Made by a program: the position numbers and the translations under genes. Below the pieces are notes generated by a model. The model had not been told where the DNA came from, searched no databases, and saw only the letters and a list, made by a program, of their open reading frames with translations. 64,000 bases of DNA from an uncultured Lachnospiraceae bacterium. Lineage in GTDB: Bacteria; Bacillota; Clostridia; Lachnospirales; Lachnospiraceae. The DNA lies in assembly GCA_947570615.1 (NCBI GenBank), contig CANOVJ010000002.1:66367-130366 (forward strand). The letters run 5' to 3'. Shown piece after piece: positions 56,505 through 64,000 of this stretch (position 1 is the stretch's first letter; each line of letters starts with the position of its first letter).

Positions 56505-58889
56505 CTATTCCACTCCTCTTTTATAATGTCCTGTCGTATAGTCTGTGTAAAAGGGATCCCCGTATCCTTCCCCCAGGCCTGCAAAATAACGGATCAGCCT
56601 CCGGCTCGTCTCCTCATCCTCCAGGGTAAGATCCATCCGGTAACCGCCATCCAGCGCCAGCTTCCCCATCTGCCGGTGAAAGGACAGGGGGACGCTGTTG
56701 AAGATCACATTATAACAGCACAGGCAGTCCGTATAAACAGGAAACCGCTTCCCGCAGCGATCCTTAAGCCAGGTAAGCCCCGGCTTCTTCTCACATCCCC
56801 GGAAGGTCTTTTTCAGGCAGTTGGCGCTGATCATCACCGGCAAATAGCCGTACACCACCGCGCCTGCCCTAAGGCGTCTGTCAGGACAGGCGGACAAAAG
56901 CTCCCGCCATTCCCGCCCGTTGCACTCTGCGGGAAGGAAAAACTCTCCCGCCCGGCCTTCCCAGAATTTCAGGGCCTGTCTGTTCCAGAGATAAAGCCCG
57001 CAGTCCAGCACAAGCCTCTCAGCGGGAAGCTTTCCCTGAAAACGATCCCTGAAAAAAGAAAAGCTCTCCAGATTCCTTATAAGGATACCCTTAAGCAGGC
57101 CGCATTCAACAAGCTTCCATATTTTTTCCAGCCAGACAATATCCTTTTTCCGCACAATATAAGGAGTCGCACCGTAAATCTGCGTGGTCTGCGGGCAAAA
57201 CGATGACGTTTTAAGAAGCTCCGGCAGCGCGCCGGAAAGGCCGTAGTCGGCATAGATCCGTCCGACTCCCTCCGCCAGAGCGGCACTCAGCTGCTGCGGC
57301 GTCCGGACTGACACCTGGAGCCGGTTTCGGCAAAAGCCCCCGGCGCGCTGTTCCTTTTCCGGGGAACGGCAAAACCCGGAAAGACCTCCCCCGCCCGGCG
57401 CCTCCGCCTCAGAAAGCAGGCTAAAGCGAGTCTCTCCCTCATCCGCTCCGGTATCCACAGCCGCAGAGGAGGAAAAGCGCCGTCTTTCAGGATCCGGCCC
57501 CTGTCTGCGGGCCAGCTCCTCCTCCAGAGCCAGAACCGCCTTTCTTCTGAGCTCATTGAGCGAGCCCACCGGCAGAAATACAGCCCCATCGCTCTCCACG
57601 CTCACCTGCTCGATCCGTATAAGGCTGTTTCCGCTTTTGCGGATCTGCTCCCTGATCTTTTCCGGCGTCAGAGGCTGCCTTTCGGCGCGCTGCACCAGAT
57701 CCCCCTGCACGCGGACACTGACCGTCTCCCTCCCTGAATCCGAAGCATTCCCACAGGCGCTCTCCCGGAAGAAAATGGCCGGGCGGGCGCGCTCCTCTTT
57801 ATCAGGAAGCAGGGTAAGAGACAAAGCGGCCCTCTCTCCGGCCCGGAGAACGACGCCTGCCCGGGCGCCGCGGCAGGGCGGCGTACGGATATATTTCTGC
57901 TCAATGGAGGCGAGAAGCTCCGGGCTGGTCCGGGTGTAGGCCGGGGAGGAAAGGCTGATCATATCCCGCCCGTTTCTTCGATGATAATACCCGTCCCCTG
58001 TCTGGCTTCGGATATAAAGAGATTGTAACAGCTCAAGGTCCTCCGCGGCAACCTGATAATAATTCTGATTCGCAGAATAATTCTGATCCTCATAATAATT
58101 CTGATTCTCATAATACAGATCGATATATTTTCGGTAGATGGCGGTGACGCCCGCGGCGTAAGCAGGCTTTTTCATTCTTCCTTCTATTTTAAAGGAATCG
58201 ATCCCCGCCCTGATCAGCTCAGGCAGATATTCAACGGTACACATGTCCCGCATGCTTAAGGGATAACAGTCCTTTTTCCCTGCCGTCTCATAGGGCAGGC
58301 GGCAGGGCTGGGCGCATCTTCCCCGGTTTCCGCTGCGGCCTCCTAAAAGGCTGCTGAGCAGACACTGTCCGGAGTAGCAGTAGCACATGGCCCCGTGGAT
58401 AAAGCACTCGATCTCAAGTCCGCTCTCCCGTTTCAGGGCGGCAATCTCCTCCAGGGAAAGTTCTCTGGCCGGCACAATCCTGGCAATCCCCTCCTGCCTC
58501 ATAAGATGCGCGCCGCCGCTCCCGGTAATCGTCATCTGGGTACTGGCATGGAGCGAAAGCTCCGGAAAATGCGTCCGCAAAAAGCGCAGGACGCCCAGAT
58601 CCTGCACAATCGCTCCGTCCAGACCACTCTCATAGAAGGGAAGCATAAAATCATAAAGCACATCGAGCTCTTTTTCCTTCACGAGCGTGTTGACGGTGAG
58701 ATAGATTTTCCTGCCAAAAATATGGGCAAAGCGGATTCCCTGACAGATTTCCTCCCGGGAAAAATTATCCGCAAAGGCCCTCGCGCCATAGCGGTCCGCA
58801 CCCAGATAAACCGCGTCCGCTCCGGCCGCCACCGCTCCCTTAAGGGCGTCAAAATTCCCCGCAGGGGCGAGAAGTTCCACTTTTTTCAT
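56505..58889 (-). CDS. U32-family protein with C-terminal extension (RlhA-like RNA hydroxylase candidate)
   Basis: ELLAPAG, GADAVY, HASTQ, ARELS, Fe-S motif CYCYSGQC...RGRCAQPCR, KIEGRMK. Confidence 0.82.
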   Translation of the reverse strand: MKKVELLAPAGNFDALKGAVAAGADAVYLGADRYGARAFADNFSREEICQGIRFAHIFGRKIYLTVNTLVKEKELDVLYDFMLPFYESGLDGAIVQDLGVLRFLRTHFPELSLHASTQMTITGSGGAHLMRQEGIARIVPARELSLEEIAALKRESGLEIECFIHGAMCYCYSGQCLLSSLLGGRSGNRGRCAQPCRLPYETAGKKDCYPLSMRDMCTVEYLPELIRAGIDSFKIEGRMKKPAYAAGVTAIYRKYIDLYYENQNYYEDQNYSANQNYYQVAAEDLELLQSLYIRSQTGDGYYHRRNGRDMISLSSPAYTRTSPELLASIEQKYIRTPPCRGARAGVVLRAGERAALSLTLLPDKEERARPAIFFRESACGNASDSGRETVSVRVQGDLVQRAERQPLTPEKIREQIRKSGNSLIRIEQVSVESDGAVFLPVGSLNELRRKAVLALEEELARRQGPDPERRRFSSSAAVDTGADEGETRFSLLSEAEAPGGGGLSGFCRSPEKEQRAGGFCRNRLQVSVRTPQQLSAALAEGVGRIYADYGLSGALPELLKTSSFCPQTTQIYGATPYIVRKKDIVWLEKIWKLVECGLLKGILIRNLESFSFFRDRFQGKLPAERLVLDCGLYLWNRQALKFWEGRAGEFFLPAECNGREWRELLSACPDRRLRAGAVVYGYLPVMISANCLKKTFRGCEKKPGLTWLKDRCGKRFPVYTDCLCCYNVIFNSVPLSFHRQMGKLALDGGYRMDLTLEDEETSRRLIRYFAGLGEGYGDPFYTDYTTGHYKRGVE

Positions 58890-58963
58890 GTATTTGTTCC
58901 TTATTATAATAGATCCGGGAAGTCCGCCATAACAGAAAAGCTGTCTCTGTAAAGACAGCTTTT

Positions 58964-58988
58964 ACAATATGCAGACTCGCGAAGCGTG
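58964..58988 (-). repeat. Dispersed REP-like element, partial inverted copy 6
   Basis: Minus strand cacgcttcgcgagtctgcatattgt, 21/25 identical to the consensus 3' part; next to the zapA terminator hairpin (~58936-58963). Confidence 0.5.
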
Positions 58989-59393
58989 CTATCCGTTCTT
59001 TTCCAATTCTGTTTCCAGCCTTACGATCTTTTTGGCGTTTTCGCCCGCTTCCCTCTGGAGAGTTTTTACATTCTTCTCGGTATTTTCCAGCTTGATCTGG
59101 GAAGCGATAAGCTCATGCTTGAGATCGTAAAGCTCCTTTTCCTTATTCTGAATCTCTTCCTCAAGAAGATCAATCTGCTTTTTGGCCTTAAAGTAATCGT
59201 CCGCGATATTGAGCTGGAGTAAAACGCTCTGGGTATCCAGGGGCTGCCTCTTAAAGGACTCCACCTTTGCGTACTCGGCCGTCTTATTATTGATGTAGGA
59301 GGCAACCTTCTGCAGATATTCTTCGCTTTCGTAACCGCTCAGTGTAAATACTTTGCCGCCAATAATTACTTCCGTATCCGTTTTAACTGACAT
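58989..59393 (-). CDS. zapA: Cell division protein ZapA
   Basis: EVIIGGKVFTL...EEYLQKVASYIN...LNIADDYFK plus coiled coil; promoter TTGAAA-17 bp-TATAAT at 59480-59508. Confidence 0.85.
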   Translation of the reverse strand: MSVKTDTEVIIGGKVFTLSGYESEEYLQKVASYINNKTAEYAKVESFKRQPLDTQSVLLQLNIADDYFKAKKQIDLLEEEIQNKEKELYDLKHELIASQIKLENTEKNVKTLQREAGENAKKIVRLETELEKNG

Positions 59394-59491
59394 CCGGTCA
59401 TCCTCCGTTGCTCCACCCGCCGCCAACCACCATATCCAGGCGCGGGTCTCTCGTAAAAGCAGATAATTGTACAATATCTATTATAATAAGA

Positions 59492-60490
59492 TTAAACCGG
59501 AATTTCAAGTCCCAAATGATGATAAGCCAAATCTGTTACCATTCTGCCCCGGGGGGTTCGATTGATAAAGCCGTTCTTGAGAAGATAGGGTTCATAGACG
59601 TCCTCAATGGTGCCGGAATCCTCCCCGATGGCCGCCGCCAGCGTATCAAGCCCCACGGGGCCGCCGCCGAATTTCTGTATCATGGTGAGAAGAATGTTCC
59701 TGTCGATATGGTCAAGCCCGAGCCTGTCCACATCCATCAGGTCAAGGGCGGTCATGGCCACCTCCTGGGTGATCACGCCGTCGTGCCTGACCTGGGCATA
59801 ATCCCTGACCCGCTTCAGAATCCGGTTGGCCAGTCTCGGCGTCCCCCGGCTTCTCCTGGCCATCTCCATGGCCCCATCCGGCTCCAGGGGGGCCTCCAGA
59901 ATCCGGGCCGAGTGCATGATAATCATCTGCAGCTCCTCCACAGAATAAAACTCAAGCCTGTGAATAATTCCGAACCGATCCCGCAGAGGGGCAGTCAGAA
60001 GTCCTGCTCTGGTAGTGGCGCCCACAAGCGTAAAGTGCGGGAGATCCAGGCGGATGGATCTGGCTGTGGGGCCCTTGCCGATCATGATATCGATGGCAAA
60101 ATCCTCCATGGCCGGGTAGAGCACCTCCTCCACCTGACGGTTCAGCCGGTGGATCTCATCCACAAAGAGCAGATCGCCCTCCTGGAGATTGTTCAGAATG
60201 GCTGCCATCTCCCCGGGCTTTTCGATGGCGGGCCCGCTGGTTATCTTCATATTAACGCCCATCTCGTTGGCGATGATCCCCGCCAGGGTCGTCTTCCCCA
60301 GGCCGGGCGGCCCGTAAAAAAGCACATGATCCAGAGAATCATCCCTCTGCCTGGCGGCTTCAATATAAATCTTCAGACTCTCCTTTATCCTGGATTGACC
60401 GATATAGTCGGTAAGCTTCTGAGGCCGAAGAGACCCCTCAATCCTCACATCCTCCTCCTGGAGACTGGTTTCTATCATTCTTTTTGCCAT
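59492..60490 (-). CDS. ruvB: Holliday junction branch migration helicase RuvB
   Basis: [40 protein letters not shown]. Confidence 0.97.
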   Translation of the reverse strand: MAKRMIETSLQEEDVRIEGSLRPQKLTDYIGQSRIKESLKIYIEAARQRDDSLDHVLFYGPPGLGKTTLAGIIANEMGVNMKITSGPAIEKPGEMAAILNNLQEGDLLFVDEIHRLNRQVEEVLYPAMEDFAIDIMIGKGPTARSIRLDLPHFTLVGATTRAGLLTAPLRDRFGIIHRLEFYSVEELQMIIMHSARILEAPLEPDGAMEMARRSRGTPRLANRILKRVRDYAQVRHDGVITQEVAMTALDLMDVDRLGLDHIDRNILLTMIQKFGGGPVGLDTLAAAIGEDSGTIEDVYEPYLLKNGFINRTPRGRMVTDLAYHHLGLEIPV

Positions 60491-60537
60491 AATAACATGT
60501 ATGCCCTTTCAAACCTGATATAAGATTAAGGTTAAGG

Positions 60538-61152
60538 TTAAAGCATTTTCTTAAGGGCGGACTTCAGAATCATCTCAACATCCATCCCGTCCGCATCGGA
60601 AACGCTTTTGACTGCCCGCAGGGCGTCCGTGGCAGAGTATCCCAGGGCGATGAGCGCTTCCACCGCCTCATTGCGGGCTTTGTCGTTGCCCGGGGAGGCT
60701 TCCGGTGCGGCCTGCGTCTGCTGCATCTGCCTGTGAACCAGAGTGTCCTCAGGGGAAATCTTATCCTTCAGATCAAGGATGACTCTCTCAGCCGTCTTTT
60801 TGCCGATACCGGGAGCGCGGGCGATGGCGGCGCTGTCCCCGGAGAGAACGGCAAAACGAAGATCGTCCGCGCTCATCACCGAGAGAATGGCCAGACCTGC
60901 CTTCGGCCCGATACCGTTTACAGCGATCAGCCTCTTAAAGATCTCCAGATCATCCCGGGAGAGGAAACCATACAGACTAAAGGCATCCTCCCTGACCTGG
61001 GTAAAGGTGTAAAGCCGCACCTTCCCCCCAACGCCGGGCAGACGCGCCGCCGTTCCCGTGGAAATCCGGACGTTGACTCCCACATTCCCCACATCCACAA
61101 CCACATTTTCATCCGTAATGTCATCTATTATCCCATTTACGAAAGCAATCAT
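60538..61152 (-). CDS. ruvA: Holliday junction branch migration protein RuvA
   Basis: VREDAFSLYGF, VNGIGPK, PGIGKKTAER, ALIALGY. Confidence 0.96.
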   Translation of the reverse strand: MIAFVNGIIDDITDENVVVDVGNVGVNVRISTGTAARLPGVGGKVRLYTFTQVREDAFSLYGFLSRDDLEIFKRLIAVNGIGPKAGLAILSVMSADDLRFAVLSGDSAAIARAPGIGKKTAERVILDLKDKISPEDTLVHRQMQQTQAAPEASPGNDKARNEAVEALIALGYSATDALRAVKSVSDADGMDVEMILKSALKKML

Positions 61153-61190
61153 ATTCTCTCTCCTTTTGCGCGTCAGCTCACATCTTTAAA

Positions 61191-61733
61191 TTATAACGCC
61201 TTTTCATAAATATTTCTGATATATGGCAGCACCAGGGACGATATGACGCCGATCAGAATCCCCGTGGCCAGTCCGGCAGCGATCAGCACCGGCGCATAAT
61301 AGAGGACGCCATAAGTATCCACCGCGAACACCGCCACCAGGAGCTGGCCCAGGTTGTGGGAAACGCCCCCCGCGGCGCTGATTACAGGAAGATGGAAGGC
61401 CTGCGTCCGCTTTAAAAAAATCATCACAAGCGCGCTCACCAGGGCTCCCGTCAGGGAATAGAGAATCATGAAAAGGCTCCCGAACAGAAATCCGCTGAGA
61501 ACCGCCCTGGTGACGGTCAGAAGCAGTACCTCCCGCCACCCCAGCAGGAAGAGACACAAAACCACCGCCAGATTGGCCAGTCCCAGCTTAATTCCGGGAA
61601 TTCCCGGCTGAAAGGGGATCAGAACCTCAATATAGGACAGAATCAGGGCCAGGGCCAGCAAAAGCCCCATACAGGTGACCCTGGCAGAGCCTGTCGTGTG
61701 TTGTTTTTCAGTAGGTGATGGCATCCAGATCAC
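61191..61733 (-). CDS. Gx transporter / heptaprenyl diphosphate synthase component I-like membrane protein
   Basis: PGIKLGLAN, SAAGGVSHNLGQL motifs; start uncertain (61733 or 61724). Confidence 0.78.
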   Translation of the reverse strand: MIWMPSPTEKQHTTGSARVTCMGLLLALALILSYIEVLIPFQPGIPGIKLGLANLAVVLCLFLLGWREVLLLTVTRAVLSGFLFGSLFMILYSLTGALVSALVMIFLKRTQAFHLPVISAAGGVSHNLGQLLVAVFAVDTYGVLYYAPVLIAAGLATGILIGVISSLVLPYIRNIYEKAL

Positions 61734-62145
61734 TTTCCTCCCCGGCCTGAATCCGGATCACCAGTCTGTGGGGAAGACAGATAATGCTCTCCCCGTTTCG
61801 GCTGATGCTCCTTTGTCTTACGCAGAGCTGGTCGGGACAGTCCGCGTCGGTGACGCTGGCCTGCCCGTTTTCGATCAGAAGCAGATTGTAGCCGCCCTCC
61901 TCTTCGGAGAGGATTTCCTCCAGGGAAGGGTTCTCCTGTGTGGAAAAGGCGTCCCCCCAGGGAATATTCACGGTCTGATCCTCCCCAAGGGGATAAGAGG
62001 CAATCTCCCGCCCGTCCTGACTGATCAGGACATATGCGGGCGTATCGCGATTTAAATTATTTATGAAGAAAGGAATCAGCCACAGCAGACATGCTCCGGC
62101 CAGAATTCCACATAACAGGATCGCATCCTTTTTTATTTTTTCCAT
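61708..62145 (-). CDS. NusG domain II (DUF1312-like) membrane-anchored protein
   Basis: N-terminal TM; ADCPDQLCVRQ...IICLPHRLVI motif. Confidence 0.8.
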   Translation of the reverse strand: MEKIKKDAILLCGILAGACLLWLIPFFINNLNRDTPAYVLISQDGREIASYPLGEDQTVNIPWGDAFSTQENPSLEEILSEEEGGYNLLLIENGQASVTDADCPDQLCVRQRSISRNGESIICLPHRLVIRIQAGEESDLDAITY

Positions 62146-62151
62146 AGAAAT

Positions 62152-62180
62152 ATTTTAGCACACCCGAACATATGTATCAA
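62152..62180 (-). promoter_or_regulatory. Sigma-A promoter overlapped by a LexA box
   Basis: TTGATA-17 bp-TG.TAAAAT on the minus strand; cgaacatatgtatc at 62165-62178 covers the -35 and spacer. Confidence 0.65.
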
Positions 62181-62264
62181 GCAAAATGACATTGAAATCT
62201 TTTGCAATTCATTATAAAATTAACAGACGACGGATGTAAGGCTGCGCCGGGCATCCTCATGTAA

Positions 62265-62300
62265 ACAAACGCTGCCGCGCTTCGCGTGCCAGCTTACTGT
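62265..62300 (+). repeat. Dispersed REP-like element, copy 4
   Basis: acaaacgctgccgcgcttcgcgtgccagcttactgt. Confidence 0.68.
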
Positions 62301-62321
62301 ACGGAAAAGGAGTGTAAGAAT

Positions 62322-63107
62322 ATGAGAATTGTATTTGTCCGTCATGGCGAACCAGATTATGTCCATGACTCGTTAACGGAAAAGGGCTGGCGGGAGGCAG
62401 AGCTTCTCTCAGAGCGGCTGAGCAGATGGCGGGTGAGCGATTTCTACTGCTCTCCTCTCGGACGGGCCCGGGATACTGCTTCCTTTACCCTGCAAAAAAT
62501 GAACCGGACGGCAGTGACCCTGGACTGGATGAAGGAATTTGCCTATGACATTGAGGATCCGGTGCTTGGGAAAAAGGGAATCCCCTGGGATTTTGTCCCC
62601 TCCTACTGGAGTCAGGATCCCTTCCTGCCGGATGCGCAGAACTGGACGCAGGCGCAGGTCATAAAACAGAATCCGGAGATCGAAAAAGCCTACCGCGAGG
62701 TATGTGAAAACTTTGACCATCTTCTGGCCTCCTACGGCTATGAGCGGGATGGAATGATCTACCGCATGCCGAAGGCGCAGGAGCGCTTCATCGCCCACAC
62801 CGTATCCCCCGGCAATCCCGGCTGCCTGGACGATCAGCCGGACGATCCCACGGAACCCGTGATCGTGATCTTCTGTCATCTGGGAATTACCTGCCTGGTG
62901 CTCTCCCACCTTCTGAATATCTCCTTCCCGGCGCTGACCCAGGGATTCTTTCTGCCCACCACCTCCCTCACCATCCTTTCCAGTGAGGAGCGCTGGAGCA
63001 ACGAGGCTTATTTCCGGGTTCAGGCCATCGGCGACGTGGGACATCTCCTTCAGAATCATGAGCCGGTTTCCTCCGCAGGCTCCTTCACAAAGGCGTTTCA
63101 GGGATAA
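62322..63107 (+). CDS. Histidine phosphatase family protein
   Basis: RHG motif (FVRHGEP), CSPLGRARDTA, IFCHLG; ATG behind aaggag. Confidence 0.85.
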   Translation: MRIVFVRHGEPDYVHDSLTEKGWREAELLSERLSRWRVSDFYCSPLGRARDTASFTLQKMNRTAVTLDWMKEFAYDIEDPVLGKKGIPWDFVPSYWSQDPFLPDAQNWTQAQVIKQNPEIEKAYREVCENFDHLLASYGYERDGMIYRMPKAQERFIAHTVSPGNPGCLDDQPDDPTEPVIVIFCHLGITCLVLSHLLNISFPALTQGFFLPTTSLTILSSEERWSNEAYFRVQAIGDVGHLLQNHEPVSSAGSFTKAFQG

Positions 63108-63142
63108 CAAACGCTGTCACGCTCCGCGAGCCGGCTTATTGT
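63107..63142 (+). repeat. Dispersed REP-like element, copy 5
   Basis: acaaacgctgtcacgctccgcgagccggcttattgt. Confidence 0.75.
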
Positions 63143-63147
63143 AACAA

Positions 63148-63176
63148 CAGGCGGAAAGCATTGTGCTTTCCGCCTG
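63148..63176. terminator. Hairpin between convergent genes
   Basis: caggcggaaagca-ttg-tgctttccgcctg, perfect 13-bp stem. Confidence 0.7.
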
Positions 63177-63229
63177 ATCTTCTGCGTCCGGATCCGCCTT
63201 TATCAGAAGACGATTTACACCTTTCCGGT

Positions 63230-64000
63230 TTACTGATCCGTTGTGGCTTCCTCCTGCGCCTCACCTGCATCAGCGCCGTCTTCGGTTCCGTCCTCCTCCG
63301 CGTCCTCCTGGGGCTCAATCGTCAGAAAAGTCAGCTCCCCCTTCACATCATCGATCACATAATTTTCCATCAGGGCCGCTACCTGTTCGCCGGCTTTCTC
63401 ACCTGCAAGGGTATTCGAGATGGTTTCCCTGTCGGCCTCATCGAAATATCTATTTATAAATTCCACCACATAATACCGGTGGGAGTCCTCATCCTTCAAA
63501 ACAGTGATATCGCCCTCCTTACGCTCATCCTCAAAGAGCCAGTCGGAAAAAACAGAGGAAGAGCCGGTGTGATGACGTCCCTCGGCGAGGCTGTAATCCT
63601 TTTCCTTATCCCCGGACTCCTCATAATTGGCCTTGTCCTCCTCAGAAGCGTAGGCAAGGCAGAGCTTTTCAAAATCCTCACCCTCTTTGCGCTGATCCGC
63701 CATGGCGTTGGCCTTTTTCTCAAGCTCCTCCATTGCGGCGCTGATCTCCTCCTCGGAAGCGTCCTCCTCCAGATCGGCCTTAAAGAAAAAGCTCCTGTAG
63801 TCCACCCGGTCATATTCCATCCGGTTTTCCTCGTAATATGCGGTGATCTCCTCCTCTGTGGGCGCGTTATCCTCTGTCATTTTGTTATAGTAAGCGCCTG
63901 AGAGCAGGTTGTCCCTGATGATGGGCTCCATGTTCTTCTCAGTTGCATAGTCGCCGAAATTCTGCTTATAGTATTCCTTCACCGTCATTCCCGCCTCGGA
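63230..64000 (-). CDS. Parvulin-type peptidylprolyl isomerase / PrsA-like foldase (5' end outside window)
   Basis: EGEDFEKLCLAYAS.D, FSDWLFEDERKEGD, YYVVEF; frame is open to the right edge. Confidence 0.65.
   Translation of the reverse strand, partial: SEAGMTVKEYYKQNFGDYATEKNMEPIIRDNLLSGAYYNKMTEDNAPTEEEITAYYEENRMEYDRVDYRSFFFKADLEEDASEEEISAAMEELEKKANAMADQRKEGEDFEKLCLAYASEEDKANYEESGDKEKDYSLAEGRHHTGSSSVFSDWLFEDERKEGDITVLKDEDSHRYYVVEFINRYFDEADRETISNTLAGEKAGEQVAALMENYVIDDVKGELTFLTIEPQEDAEEDGTEDGADAGEAQEEATTDQ

Overview
Chromosomal, mostly core-gene segment of a spore-forming Firmicute; gene content and order point to Lachnospiraceae (inference). From ~4.3 kb onward almost all genes lie on the minus strand, whereas the first 4.2 kb read on the plus strand. 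Content: aroB-lspA-rluD, a XerS-like tyrosine recombinase next to a yneA-like/lexA SOS pair, the rsfS-yqeK-nadD-yhbY-obgE-rpmA-prp-rplU cluster, a ~10 kb nutrient-uptake block (LacI regulator, MFS, two esterases, sugar ABC transporter, cstA), rng plus a radical SAM pair, a partial his operon, recU, coaD/rsmD, parE/parC, degV-recG-fakA-asp23, rpmB, pbp/ftsW, a U32 protein, zapA, ruvAB and a truncated PPIase. I found no rRNA, tRNA, CRISPR array, IS or prophage. Most interesting signals: (1) a 41-bp palindrome at 4217-4257 built from two Bacillus-type dif arms, where gene orientation flips and ~4 kb from the XerS-like gene; (2) a ~36-bp REP-like element in six copies; (3) a sugar ABC locus with two esterases and no glycosidase; (4) a HisF-like barrel lacking its catalytic aspartates fused to HisIE; (5) a LexA box in the promoter driving NusG-II/Gx-transporter genes and ruvAB. 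The supplied ORF track labels 29844..31166 as '+', but the sequence shows it is on the minus strand. All family assignments come from motif recognition by eye; no searches were run.
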